Made by a program: the position numbers and the translations under genes. A stretch of DNA of 64,000 bases from an uncultured bacterium (GTDB lineage: Bacteria; Krumholzibacteriota; Krumholzibacteriia; JACNKJ01): positions 3,040,001-3,104,000 of the forward strand of contig CAVOFT010000001.1 in assembly GCA_963695095.1 (NCBI GenBank), written 5' to 3'. Position 1 is the first letter of the stretch; every line of letters begins with the position of its first letter. The notes under the pieces are model-generated. The model made no database searches and was not told the DNA's origin. It saw only the letters and a program-made list of their open reading frames with translations. Shown in pieces: positions 43,960-53,391 of the stretch.

Positions 43960-45273
43960 ATGGAGAAGGAAGCCAAGGTCATGAACCGCTGGCTGGTGGC
44001 GCTGGGTGCGCTGATCATTCAGCTCTGCCTGGGCGCCATCTACGCCTGGAGCGTCTTCACGCCCCACCTGAAGAAGGCCCCCTTCAACTTCAGCGCCACG
44101 CAGACCCAGGTGGTCTTCTCCGTCGGCCTGGCCACCTTCGCCATCGTGATGGTGCTCGCCGGCCGCTGGCAGGCGAAGATCGGCCCCCGCCGCGTGGCCC
44201 TGTCCGGCGGCCTGCTGCTCGGCCTCGGCTACATCCTGGCCAAGTTCATCGGCGGCAGCTTCTTCGGCCAGGTCGTCTCGATCGGCCTCATCGGCGGCGC
44301 CGGCATCGGCCTCGCCTACGTCTGCCCCATCGCCGTCGGCATGAAGTGGTTCCCCGACAAGAAGGGCCTCATCACGGGCCTCGCCGTGGCCGGCTTCGGC
44401 TTCGGCGCCCTCATCTGGATCAAGCTGGCCGGCGCCTGGGGCCACCTGATCGAGAAGATCGGCGTGCAGGACGTGTTCGGTCTCTACGGGATCATCTTCC
44501 TCGCCGCCGTCAGCCTCGGCAGCATCGTGATGATCAACCCGCCCGCCGGCTGGAAGCCCAAGGGCTGGTCGCCGCCCGAGCCCCAGACGGTCGGCAACAA
44601 GATCACCGGCCAGCTCAACATGCTGCCCGACCAGATGCTCAAGACGCGCCAGTTCTACATGCTCTGGTCCATCTTCATCTTCAGCGGCATGGCCGGCTTG
44701 ATGACCATCGGCATCATCCAGCTCTTCGGCATCGACGCCCTCAAGGGCAGCGGCCACAGCGAGGTCGAGGCCGCCGCCATCGCCGGCACGGCGATGGCCG
44801 TCTTCTACTCCCTGGCCAACGGCATCGGCCGCATCGTCTGGGGCGCGCTCAGCGACCGCCTCGGCCGCAAGCGCTCGATCACGATCATGACCGCGAGCCA
44901 GGGCGTCATGATGCTGCTCTTCTTCTGGATGGGCGGCACGCCGGCCCTGCTCTTCCTGGGCGCCACGATCATCGGCTTCAACTTCGGCGGCAACTTCGCC
45001 CTCTTCCCCACCGCCACCGCCGACTTCTTCGGCACCGCGCACGTGGGCCAGAACTACGGCTGGATGTTCACCGCCTACGGCGTCGGCGGCATCGTCGGGC
45101 CGATCATGGCCGGAGCCTTCCGCGACAGCGGCAGCTGGCTGCCGGCCTTCTTGATCAGCGGCGTGCTCTGCCTGGTCGCGGCCGGCATCGCGCTCAGCCT
45201 GAAGCCGCCCAAGCCCGCCTCCGTGACGATGCCGGTGCTTGAGCCCGAGCACGAACCCGCCGGCAGTCGCTAG
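43960..45273 (+). CDS. OFA-family MFS transporter (oxalate:formate antiporter/L-lactate transporter-like)
   Basis: NRWLVALG..LGAIYAWSVF, MKWFPDKKGLITGLAVAGFGFG, GRIVWGALSDRLGR, FFG..NYG. Confidence 0.92.
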   Translation: MEKEAKVMNRWLVALGALIIQLCLGAIYAWSVFTPHLKKAPFNFSATQTQVVFSVGLATFAIVMVLAGRWQAKIGPRRVALSGGLLLGLGYILAKFIGGSFFGQVVSIGLIGGAGIGLAYVCPIAVGMKWFPDKKGLITGLAVAGFGFGALIWIKLAGAWGHLIEKIGVQDVFGLYGIIFLAAVSLGSIVMINPPAGWKPKGWSPPEPQTVGNKITGQLNMLPDQMLKTRQFYMLWSIFIFSGMAGLMTIGIIQLFGIDALKGSGHSEVEAAAIAGTAMAVFYSLANGIGRIVWGALSDRLGRKRSITIMTASQGVMMLLFFWMGGTPALLFLGATIIGFNFGGNFALFPTATADFFGTAHVGQNYGWMFTAYGVGGIVGPIMAGAFRDSGSWLPAFLISGVLCLVAAGIALSLKPPKPASVTMPVLEPEHEPAGSR

Positions 45274-45301
45274 GATTCCTTCCCCGAATGGACGAATCCG
45301 T

Positions 45302-45326
45302 GGGGGGAGCCGAGAGGCTCCCCCTT
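45302..45326. terminator. Hairpin terminator between convergent genes
   Basis: GGGGGAGCC-GAGA-GGCTCCCCC perfect stem with a GNRA loop. Confidence 0.7.
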
Positions 45327-45337
45327 CGCATTGCGGG

Positions 45338-46086
45338 CTAAGGGGCCGGCGTGAACTGCGAGAACTCCGTCCGCGTGCGGATGTGCTTGTGCACGATGAT
45401 GGGGATCTTCACCTCGAGGTCCATGGCGATCCAGCGCGGCAGGTCGCGGCCCGCCGACGCTCCGCCAGCTCGGCCGCTGAGGTCCAGGCGCTTGACGCCG
45501 AAGCTGCCCTTGGCCGGCTTCAGCTCCGCGCGCGACCAGCGCCCCGGTGCCGGATCGCCAGCCAGAGCTGCCCGTCCACAGCCCCTTGCGCTTCTTCTGC
45601 GCGGCCTCAGGCTCACGCGGCGCCAGCTCGCCGGTCGCCGCGCGCGCCTCGAGACTCGCCGGGCTCGAAGCGGTACTCGCCGCGGCGCGCCGCCGTGAAG
45701 AAGTCGAAGCTGAGGTCGAGCTTGCGCTCGTCCCCGTCGTCCTCGTCGCCGTCCTTTGCCTTTGCTTCCGGCTCCTCGCCGGGCTTGGCCTTGCGGTCGT
45801 AGACCAGCTCGCCGCCCTCGGCCAGCACCTCGGTGGAATCCGGCCCCCACTGGATGCCGTCCAGCCAGGCGCGCTCCTCGTGCTCCAGCACATCGTCGCC
45901 GTTGCTGACTCGCGTGCGCGTCTCCTCGTGGAAGCGGAAGGGCGCGAAGCGGGCGGCCGCCGAGTCGGCGCGGGCGAAGGCCAGCTCGAGGAGGGCCTCG
46001 CCGGTGGCCGCCCCGGCGGGCAGCGCTCCCAGGAGCGTGCAGAGGGCAAGCAGGGCGAGGCCGAGCGGGCGCAGGCGAAGGGGCAC
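45338..46086 (-). CDS. Hypothetical exported protein (one indel near 45640)
   Basis: GTG after GGAGG; signal LGLALLALCTLLGALPAGA; joins ORFs 45613-46161 and 45338-46174. Confidence 0.65.
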
Positions 46087-46203
46087 GGGAAACCTCCGGG
46101 CTGAGGACCGGCCAGTATAGGCCCGGCGATGGCCGGCTTGGCAAGACGCGGGATGCGCCATGCGCTATACTCAAGGCCGTTCCGCCAACCGGGGAGGTCG
46201 CAG

Positions 46204-47793
46204 ATGAAGTGTCGCCTGATCCTTGCCGTCGCCTTGCTCACCCTCGTCGCCAGCGGCGCCGCCGCCGATGCCGGCCGCCGCTTCGTCGTCCACAGCGAGG
46301 ACGGCGCTTTCTTCCAAGAAGAGCGCGGCGCCGACGCCGGCCTGCCCGCGCCGCCGCTCACGCCGCGCGACGCGCTGCTCTGGCAGCGCAGCATCCCCGG
46401 CAACATCTACACGAGCTGCGCGATGCTGAATGCCGCCGTCTTCGCGGGCACGAACAACGGCGCCTCCTGCGTGGCCGAGTTCTTCGCGGACGATCTCAAC
46501 GGCACCCCCGACTGGACCTTCGCGGGCGGCGAGAACTACGTCACCGCGGGCGCTGGCTACCTCGCCCTCGTCGAGGCCGTGCCGGCCATCGCGGGGGTGA
46601 GGCTGCACATGTGGACGGTGGGCGTCCCGCCCACCCCGCTCTGGGAGAAGGAGATCCCCAACTGCAGCGCGCCACTGGGCTGCCTGCGCATCGCCTCCGT
46701 CGGCAACCTGCTGGCCCTGGCCGTGAATACGGCCGCCAGCAGCACCACCTATGCCCTCGATCCCCTCACGGGCGCGTTGCTCTCCAGCTTCGTCGCCCCC
46801 GCCGGCGAATTCGCCCGCGCCCTGCGCGTCAGCGAGGACGGCACGCGCATCGCCCTGCGCAACGGCGCCACCCTGCACGTGCTCGATCCCAGCACCGGCC
46901 TGCCACTCTTCACGGGCAACGTGAACGCCAGCTCGGACGCCCTCGCCTTCTCGCCGGACGGCCACTGGCTCGCGGCAGGCTGGACGCTCCTCTATGTCTG
47001 GGAGTGGAACGGCAGCGCCTATCAGTACCGCTGGTCGAACAACGGCGGCGGGGCCAACTGGTACCTCGGCACCTGCGCCCTGGACAACAACGGCCAGCTC
47101 ATCGCCGGCTGGTATACCACCAGCTACAACCGGAACAAGGTGATGTGGTTCGACGCCGCCATCAGCACGCCGGCCTGGACCTATCTCTTCCCCCCCTCCA
47201 GCGGCACCTACCAGGATCTGCCCGTGGCCAGCGCGATGACGGAGGGCGCCGGCATCATCGGCAGCTGGGGCGATGCCGAAGGGCTCAACCCCGAGCTCAG
47301 CGCCTTCCTGCCCACGCAGGCCGAGCCCTTCTTCACGGTCAACACCACGGGCTCGATCTACGATGTCGACGCCGAGGCCTACGACATCGTCGGCGGCCGC
47401 TATCCGGCCTACTTCGCGGGCTGCGGCAAGCACGTCCATGCGAATCAGTTCGGCAGTGGCGGCGATCTCTACCTCGCGGATGTGAGCCCGCCCACGGCGG
47501 CGCCGGCGCTGCCGGCGTCCGGTCTCGACCTGGTCGCCTATCCCAACCCCTGCCGAGCGACGAGCACCCTGCGCCTGAGCCTGCCCCGCGCGGAGGGCCT
47601 GCGGGTGGACATCCATGGCGTCGATGGCCGGCACCTGCGCCGGCTCTGGGCTGGGCCCAGCAGCGCCGGCGAGCTGAGCCTCGTCTGGGACGGCCGCGAC
47701 GAGGCCGGCCGGGACCTGGCCAGCGGCGTCTATCTGGCGCGGGCCGAAGCCGCCGAGCTCGCGACGACGCTGCGCCTGGTCCTCCTCCGGTAG
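46204..47793 (+). CDS. Secreted WD40-like beta-propeller protein with FlgD-Ig/T9SS-CTD-like C-terminus
   Basis: Signal peptide; ALAFSPDGHWLAAG; tail AYPNP..WDGRDEAGRDLASGVY..LVLLR*. Confidence 0.85.
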   Translation: MKCRLILAVALLTLVASGAAADAGRRFVVHSEDGAFFQEERGADAGLPAPPLTPRDALLWQRSIPGNIYTSCAMLNAAVFAGTNNGASCVAEFFADDLNGTPDWTFAGGENYVTAGAGYLALVEAVPAIAGVRLHMWTVGVPPTPLWEKEIPNCSAPLGCLRIASVGNLLALAVNTAASSTTYALDPLTGALLSSFVAPAGEFARALRVSEDGTRIALRNGATLHVLDPSTGLPLFTGNVNASSDALAFSPDGHWLAAGWTLLYVWEWNGSAYQYRWSNNGGGANWYLGTCALDNNGQLIAGWYTTSYNRNKVMWFDAAISTPAWTYLFPPSSGTYQDLPVASAMTEGAGIIGSWGDAEGLNPELSAFLPTQAEPFFTVNTTGSIYDVDAEAYDIVGGRYPAYFAGCGKHVHANQFGSGGDLYLADVSPPTAAPALPASGLDLVAYPNPCRATSTLRLSLPRAEGLRVDIHGVDGRHLRRLWAGPSSAGELSLVWDGRDEAGRDLASGVYLARAEAAELATTLRLVLLR

Positions 47794-47852
47794 GCGGCTT
47801 GCCGCCGCCGGCGCCGCGCCCTAGACTTCAGGCAGCCCAATCGGGAGGACCC

Positions 47853-48815
47853 GTGCGCCACGCCCTGGCTCGCCTGCTTGCCCACGCAGCGCTCGCGGCG
47901 CTCTGCCTGAGCGCTGCGCCCGCCGGGGCCACGCTCTTCCGGCAGGTGGCGGCCAGCCCCGAGCCCGACGGCGCTCCCAGCTTCTCCCCCGACGGCCAGC
48001 TGGTGGCCTTCTCCTCACCCTTCAGCGGTGACTGGGAGATCTACACGGTGAATGCCTGGGGAGGCCGGCTGGCCAACTTCACCGAGAGCCCCGGCGTGGA
48101 CATCTACGCGAACTGGAGTCCGGCCGGCCCCTGGATCGTCTTCACCTCCCGCCGCGACAACGGCCACGGCAGCGACGACATGGACCTCTGGCTCAAGAGC
48201 AGCGCAGACGGCAGCGAGATCAATCTCACCACCTGGGCCGGCTACGACAACTTCGGCGCGCTGGACCCGACCGGTGAGCGCGTGGCCTTCTCCAGCGATC
48301 GCGGCAACCAGGGCCTCACCGAGATCTGGGTGCTCGAGCTCGCCGACCCCGGTCAGGCCCAGCGGCTCTGCACGGGTCCGGTGGAGTGCTTCCATCCCTG
48401 CTGGAGCCCCGATGGCCAGTGGGTGGCCTTCGATGGCCGCGAGCCGGGCGACTTCCTCAACACGCGGCTCTACCGGGTGCCGGCGACAGGCGGCAGCGCC
48501 GAGGAGCTCCCCATCGGCATGCTGGTAGGCAGCGACCCGAGCTGGTCGCCCGATGGCCGCTATCTGGCCTTCGCCGGCGGCGATGACCCGGTGGACTGGG
48601 ATCTCTGGGTCTGGGACTTCACGGCCGGCGCCCTGATCCAGCTCACGGACACGCGCTACATCGAGCAATCGCCGGCCTGGAACGCCGCCGGCAGCGAGAT
48701 CGTCTACGCCGGCTTCCCGATGGGCAACAAGGACATCTGGGTGGCCTACGCGCTGCCCTTCCCGACCGGCGTCGCCCGCCAGTCCGTGAGCGGACTCAAG
48801 GCCCTCTTCCGCTGA
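47853..48815 (+). CDS. Secreted TolB/PD40-repeat protein ending SVSGLKALFR
   Basis: GTG after GGAGG; repeats PSFSPDG, PCWSPDG, PSWSPDG. Confidence 0.85.
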   Translation: MRHALARLLAHAALAALCLSAAPAGATLFRQVAASPEPDGAPSFSPDGQLVAFSSPFSGDWEIYTVNAWGGRLANFTESPGVDIYANWSPAGPWIVFTSRRDNGHGSDDMDLWLKSSADGSEINLTTWAGYDNFGALDPTGERVAFSSDRGNQGLTEIWVLELADPGQAQRLCTGPVECFHPCWSPDGQWVAFDGREPGDFLNTRLYRVPATGGSAEELPIGMLVGSDPSWSPDGRYLAFAGGDDPVDWDLWVWDFTAGALIQLTDTRYIEQSPAWNAAGSEIVYAGFPMGNKDIWVAYALPFPTGVARQSVSGLKALFR

Positions 48816-48832
48816 AATCCCCGGCTTCTCCC

Positions 48833-48890
48833 TTGACAGCTTCCTCGTTCGCAAGTATTGTCCATCCGGTTAATTAAAACGTTTGGACAA
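48833..48890 (+). promoter_or_regulatory. sigma70 promoter and overlapping TetR-type operator
   Basis: TTGACA (48833)-17 bp-TATTGT (48856); inverted repeat TTGTCCA..TTAATTAA..TGGACAA at 48858-48890. Confidence 0.75.
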
Positions 48891-48904
48891 AGCCGAATCA
48901 GGGC

Positions 48905-49486
48905 ATGACCGAAGCGACGCGCCGCCGACTCCTGGACGCCGGCCGCCGGGCCTTTGCCCGGCAGGGCCTGGACGGCGCGCGGGTGGAGGCCATCGCCCGG
49001 GAGGCCGGCGTCAACAAGGCCCTGATCAACTACCACTTCCGGGGCAAGCTGGGGCTCTACCGCGAGGTCCTGGCCGAGGAGCTGGCAGCGGCCTCCCGGG
49101 ACCTGGCCGCAGCCCTGAGCAGCGAGCGGGATCCGGTCCGGCGACTCGGTGCCTGGCCACAGGCCCTGTCCGCGCTGCTCGCCGCGCGCCCCGAGCTGGC
49201 GCCGCTGCTGCTCGGTGAACGGCTGCGCGGGGGTGAAGCGCTGTCCGGAGGCGAGCGGGGACCGGGCGCCGATCTGCTCGCGGCGACGATCACCGCCGGC
49301 GCCGAAGCGGGCCGCCTGCGCGCGGTCGACGCCGCCGCCTTGCAGGAACTGCTGCTGGGGGCCCTGCTGCTCGCCGGCCTGGGAGAGGAGCGCGAGCGGA
49401 CGGCCGCCCTGCTCACGGCCCTCATCCAGGGCGGACTGACGGCGCCGGGGCCGCAGAATTCGGGGATCGCTGACGCAGGAGGGTGA
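48905..49486 (+). CDS. TetR/AcrR family transcriptional regulator
   Basis: TRRRLLDAGRRAFARQGLDGARVEAIAREAGVNKALINYHFRGK. Confidence 0.93.
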   Translation: MTEATRRRLLDAGRRAFARQGLDGARVEAIAREAGVNKALINYHFRGKLGLYREVLAEELAAASRDLAAALSSERDPVRRLGAWPQALSALLAARPELAPLLLGERLRGGEALSGGERGPGADLLAATITAGAEAGRLRAVDAAALQELLLGALLLAGLGEERERTAALLTALIQGGLTAPGPQNSGIADAGG

Positions 49487-49661
49487 GAGCGAATCGCGGC
49501 GATCCCACACTGCGGGGCCGGCGTCTCGGGACGCCGGCCCCGCGGCCGACACGGCTTGACCTGCGCCAGACCCGATGTATCATACACTTCGGCCTGCCTG
49601 CTCCCGCCCCGTGCGGGGCCCTCCAGCCGCCGGCAATCTCCTCTCGCTTCCGGAGCTTCAC

Positions 49662-50972
49662 ATGAGCCAGGTCATCGGGATCCGCCGGGAGGACAAGAAC
49701 CGCTGGGAGCGGCGTGCGCCCCTCGTGCCCGCCGATCTCGGCCGGCTCATCCGCGAGCAGGGGCTCAGCTTCATCGTTCAGCCTTCGCCCATCCGCACCT
49801 ACAAGGACGAGCAGTACGCGGAGGCCGGCTGCGAACTGGACCAGGATCTCAGCCGGGCCGGGGTCATCTTCGCCATCAAGGAGATCCCCCTGGACTTGCT
49901 CGAAGCGGAGAAGGCCTACGTCTTCTTCGCCCATGTCATCAAGGGCCAGGAGCACAACATGCCGCTGCTGCAGCGGATCCTGGACCTGGATTGCACGCTG
50001 ATCGACTACGAGCGCATCGTGGATGCGAAGAACCGGCGGCTCGTCTTCTTCGGTCGTCAGGCCGGGCAGGCCGGCATGATCGAGACGCTCTACGCTCTCG
50101 ATCGGCGCCTGCGCTGGGAGGGCTTCGACTCGCCCTTCCAGGGCGTCAAGCCGGCCTACGCCTACCCCGATCTCGCCCACGCCAAGGAAGTCCTGCTCGA
50201 GATGGGGCTCTCCGTGCGCGCCGGCCTGGATCCGGACCTCTGCCCCTTCGTGATCGGCTTCGCCGGCTACGGCAACGTCAGCCAGGGGGCGCAGGAGGTC
50301 TTCGATCTCTTCCCCCACGAGGAGATCGCGCCCGCGGATCTCGGCCAGCTCAGCACCCGCAAGCCGGTGCGGGATCGGCTCTTCAAGGTGGTGTTCAAGG
50401 AGGAGGACCTGGTCTTGCCCGCCGCGGCCGGCGAGGACTTCGTGCTCGCCGACTACTACGAGAACCCGGAGCGCTATCGCAGCCGCTTCGCGGATTACCT
50501 GCCCCGGCTCACGGCCCTCGTGAACTGCATCTACTGGACGCCGCGCTACCCGCGCCTGGTCACGCGCGCCGCCGCTCGCCGACTCTGGAGCGCCGGCGAG
50601 CGCAGCCTGCGCGTCATCGGGGATATCAGCTGCGACATCGGCGGCAGCATCGAGTTCACCTACAAGGCCACGGAGCCGGACCAGGCCAGCTTCGTCTACG
50701 ACCCCATCGCCGATACCTACAAGGACGGCGTCGAGGGGCGCGGCATCGCCGTGATGGCCGTCGACAATCTGCCCTGCGAGCTGCCGCGGGACGCCTCGGA
50801 TGCCTTCAGCGCCACGCTCGCGCGGCTCGCACCGAGCCTGGCCGCGGCCGACTTCAGCCGGCCCTTCGCCGAGCTGGGGCTGCCGCCCGAACTCACGCGC
50901 GCGGTGATCGCCCACCGCGGCGCGCTCACTCCGGAGTACCGCTACCTGGAGGAATTTCTCCTGGACGCCTAG
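49662..50972 (+). CDS. Lysine-ketoglutarate reductase (LKR; AASS N-terminal-like, AlaDh/PNT fold)
   Basis: IGIRREDKNRWERRAPL, FFAHVIKGQ, LIDYE, GNVSQGAQE, VNCIYW..YPRL, DISCDIGGSIEF, AVDNLPCELP. Confidence 0.9.
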   Translation: MSQVIGIRREDKNRWERRAPLVPADLGRLIREQGLSFIVQPSPIRTYKDEQYAEAGCELDQDLSRAGVIFAIKEIPLDLLEAEKAYVFFAHVIKGQEHNMPLLQRILDLDCTLIDYERIVDAKNRRLVFFGRQAGQAGMIETLYALDRRLRWEGFDSPFQGVKPAYAYPDLAHAKEVLLEMGLSVRAGLDPDLCPFVIGFAGYGNVSQGAQEVFDLFPHEEIAPADLGQLSTRKPVRDRLFKVVFKEEDLVLPAAAGEDFVLADYYENPERYRSRFADYLPRLTALVNCIYWTPRYPRLVTRAAARRLWSAGERSLRVIGDISCDIGGSIEFTYKATEPDQASFVYDPIADTYKDGVEGRGIAVMAVDNLPCELPRDASDAFSATLARLAPSLAAADFSRPFAELGLPPELTRAVIAHRGALTPEYRYLEEFLLDA

Positions 50973-51010
50973 CGCACTCCAATCCGACACCGTGATGTGG
51001 GGAGGACACG

Positions 51011-52339
51011 ATGACTACCAGCAAGCGCGTACTCGTACTGGGTGCCGGTCTCGTCACGCGGCCCATGGTCAGCTATCTGCTCGAGCGGCCGGACATCAGC
51101 CTGACCGTCGCCACGCGCACCGTCGACAAGGCCCAGCGCATGATCGCCGGCCACGCCCGCGGCCGCGCGGTGGCCCTGGACGTGGCCGACGGGGCGGCGC
51201 TGCGCGCCATCGTCGCCGAACACGATCTCATCGTCAGCCTGCTGCCCTACATCCATCACGTCATGGTCGCCAAGCTCTGCATCGAGCTCGGCCGCCACCT
51301 GGTGACGACCTCCTACGTCAGCCCCGAGATGCGCGCCCTCGACACGGCGGCGCGCGAGGCCGGCGTGCTCCTGCTCAACGAGATCGGGCTGGACCCCGGC
51401 ATCGACCACATGTCGGCCATGCGCATCATCAACGGCGTCGCCCAGCGCGGCGGCTGGGTGCAGGGCTTCATCTCCAACTGCGGCGGCCTGCCGGCGCCGG
51501 AGGCGAACACGAACCCCTGGGGCTACAAGTTCAGCTGGAGCCCGCGGGGAGTGGTGCTGGCCGGCCGCAATGCGGCTCGCTACCTGTGGGAAGGCGACCT
51601 GCGCGAGGTGCCGGGGCCGGACCTCTTCGGCGACGTCCACCATCTCACGGTCGAGGGGCTCGGCCAGCTCGAGGTCTATCCCAATCGCGACAGCATGGGC
51701 TACCGCGAGATCTACGGCCTGACGCGGGCGCAGACGATCTTCCGCGGCACCTTCCGCAACCCCGGTCATTGCGCGGCCTGGAAGGCCCTGGCCGACTGCG
51801 GCTGGCTGGATATCCACCCGCACGCGGTGGAGGGCTATACCTACGCCAAGCTCTTCTGCACCCTCGTCGGCTGCGAAGGCCGCAAGCCGCGCGAGGCGGC
51901 CGTGCGCTTCCTCGGCGTCGGTCCCGAGGCGAACCTGCTCGATCGCTTCGAATGGCTGGGCCTCTTCGCCGACGAGGCGATTCCCGGTCCGGCCGAGCAA
52001 AGCCCGCTCGACGTGCTCGCCGATCGCCTGCTGCTCAAGCTGCCCTATGCGGCGGGAGAGCGGGACATGATCGTGCTCCAGCATCAGGTGACGGCGCAGT
52101 ATCCGGAGGGCGGGACCGAGCGCATCGTCTCCTCGCTCGTGGACTTCGGGCAGCCCGGAGCCGACTCGGCGATGTCGCGGACGGTCAGCCTGCCGGCGGC
52201 CATTGCCGTGCGCCACATCCTGGACGGCACGATCCGCGAGCTCGGCGTGCAGGTGCCGGTGCTGCCGGGCATCTACGACCCGGTCCTCGATGAGCTGGAG
52301 ACGCTGGGGATTGCTTTCCAGGAGACGGTGACGCGCTAG
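51011..52339 (+). CDS. Saccharopine dehydrogenase (AASS C-terminal/Lys9-like)
   Basis: VLVLGAG, SLLP, TSYVS, EIGLDPGIDH, CGGLPAPE, YKFSWSP, YPNRDS, SAMSRTVSLP. Confidence 0.93.
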   Translation: MTTSKRVLVLGAGLVTRPMVSYLLERPDISLTVATRTVDKAQRMIAGHARGRAVALDVADGAALRAIVAEHDLIVSLLPYIHHVMVAKLCIELGRHLVTTSYVSPEMRALDTAAREAGVLLLNEIGLDPGIDHMSAMRIINGVAQRGGWVQGFISNCGGLPAPEANTNPWGYKFSWSPRGVVLAGRNAARYLWEGDLREVPGPDLFGDVHHLTVEGLGQLEVYPNRDSMGYREIYGLTRAQTIFRGTFRNPGHCAAWKALADCGWLDIHPHAVEGYTYAKLFCTLVGCEGRKPREAAVRFLGVGPEANLLDRFEWLGLFADEAIPGPAEQSPLDVLADRLLLKLPYAAGERDMIVLQHQVTAQYPEGGTERIVSSLVDFGQPGADSAMSRTVSLPAAIAVRHILDGTIRELGVQVPVLPGIYDPVLDELETLGIAFQETVTR

Positions 52340-52348
52340 GTCCGCGGT

Positions 52349-53176
52349 CTACTTGAGGAGCATCAGCTTCTGGCTGCCGACCAGGCCCTGGTCACCGATG
52401 AGGCGCGCCAGGTAGAGGCCGGAGGGCAGGCGCTCGCCGGCATCGTCGCGGCCATCCCATTCCACGCTGTGATGACCGGCCGGGAAGGTCCCCGCCGCCA
52501 GTTCGCGCAGCGCGCGTCCGGCAGCATCGACCACGACCAGGCGCAGGGTCCCCTGGGCCTCGCTTTCGAAGCGAAGGGTGGTGCTGGGATTGAACGGATT
52601 GGGGTAGGCCGGCGCCAGCCGGTTGCCCGCCGCCAGAGGCGAGCTGTCCGTATTCTGCACGAAGCGGATGACCGGCGCGCTCACGTCCCAGCCGTGGACG
52701 GGGAACTCCTCGCCCGTGCTGAGCAGGGCGAACCAGCCGTCGGAACTGGCCTGGAAGGCGGCCACGCGCGTGGCGCGGATGGTGAAGTCGATGGAGATGC
52801 GGTCCCCCGGCCCCAGCACGGCCCGGCCGCCCGGAGCGCTGGGACTATCGATCACCCAGCGGTGGGCGCGGCGGCCCACGATGAGCACGTCGCCGTACTC
52901 GTAGCTGCAGGTGGTCACCTGGCCGTTCAGGCGCACCGTCCCGGCCTGGACGCTCAGCCAATCCGGGAATTGCTCTGAATAGAAGAGACCACTGAGGGGC
53001 CCGCTCGTGTTGTTCACGAACTCCACGTGCACCGCAGCCGGAACCCCCATGGGGATGTAGGCCGTCGGGAACTGGCGCGAGTAGCTGATCGCGGTGCCGG
53101 CGGGATAGATCGCCGCGCTCGCTGATGCGGCGGCGAGGGCGATCAGGGCGGTGAGCAGGAGCAGGTGTCGGCGCAT
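52349..53176 (-). CDS. Secreted protein with FlgD-Ig/T9SS-CTD-like C-terminus
   Basis: Signal MRRHLLLLTALIALAAASASA; AYPNPFNP..WDGRDDAG..SGLY..KLMLLK*. Confidence 0.85.
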   Translation of the reverse strand: MRRHLLLLTALIALAAASASAAIYPAGTAISYSRQFPTAYIPMGVPAAVHVEFVNNTSGPLSGLFYSEQFPDWLSVQAGTVRLNGQVTTCSYEYGDVLIVGRRAHRWVIDSPSAPGGRAVLGPGDRISIDFTIRATRVAAFQASSDGWFALLSTGEEFPVHGWDVSAPVIRFVQNTDSSPLAAGNRLAPAYPNPFNPSTTLRFESEAQGTLRLVVVDAAGRALRELAAGTFPAGHHSVEWDGRDDAGERLPSGLYLARLIGDQGLVGSQKLMLLK

Positions 53177-53391
53177 GCAGAGGTCCCGTTGCAGCAAACT
53201 GGTGTCGATAAAAAACCCGGGCTCGTTGAGCAGGCTCGGCGCCAGCCGCCCCGGATAGGAGTTCCCGGCCTCCGGTCAGCGGCCGAACGGAGACAGTATA
53301 GCATGCTGGTTGGTAATTCCCCATACTTTCCAAGGAATTTTCCGGGGGATGACGGCACGCAACTGGAGCGACAGGTCTGCTTAACGCCTCG

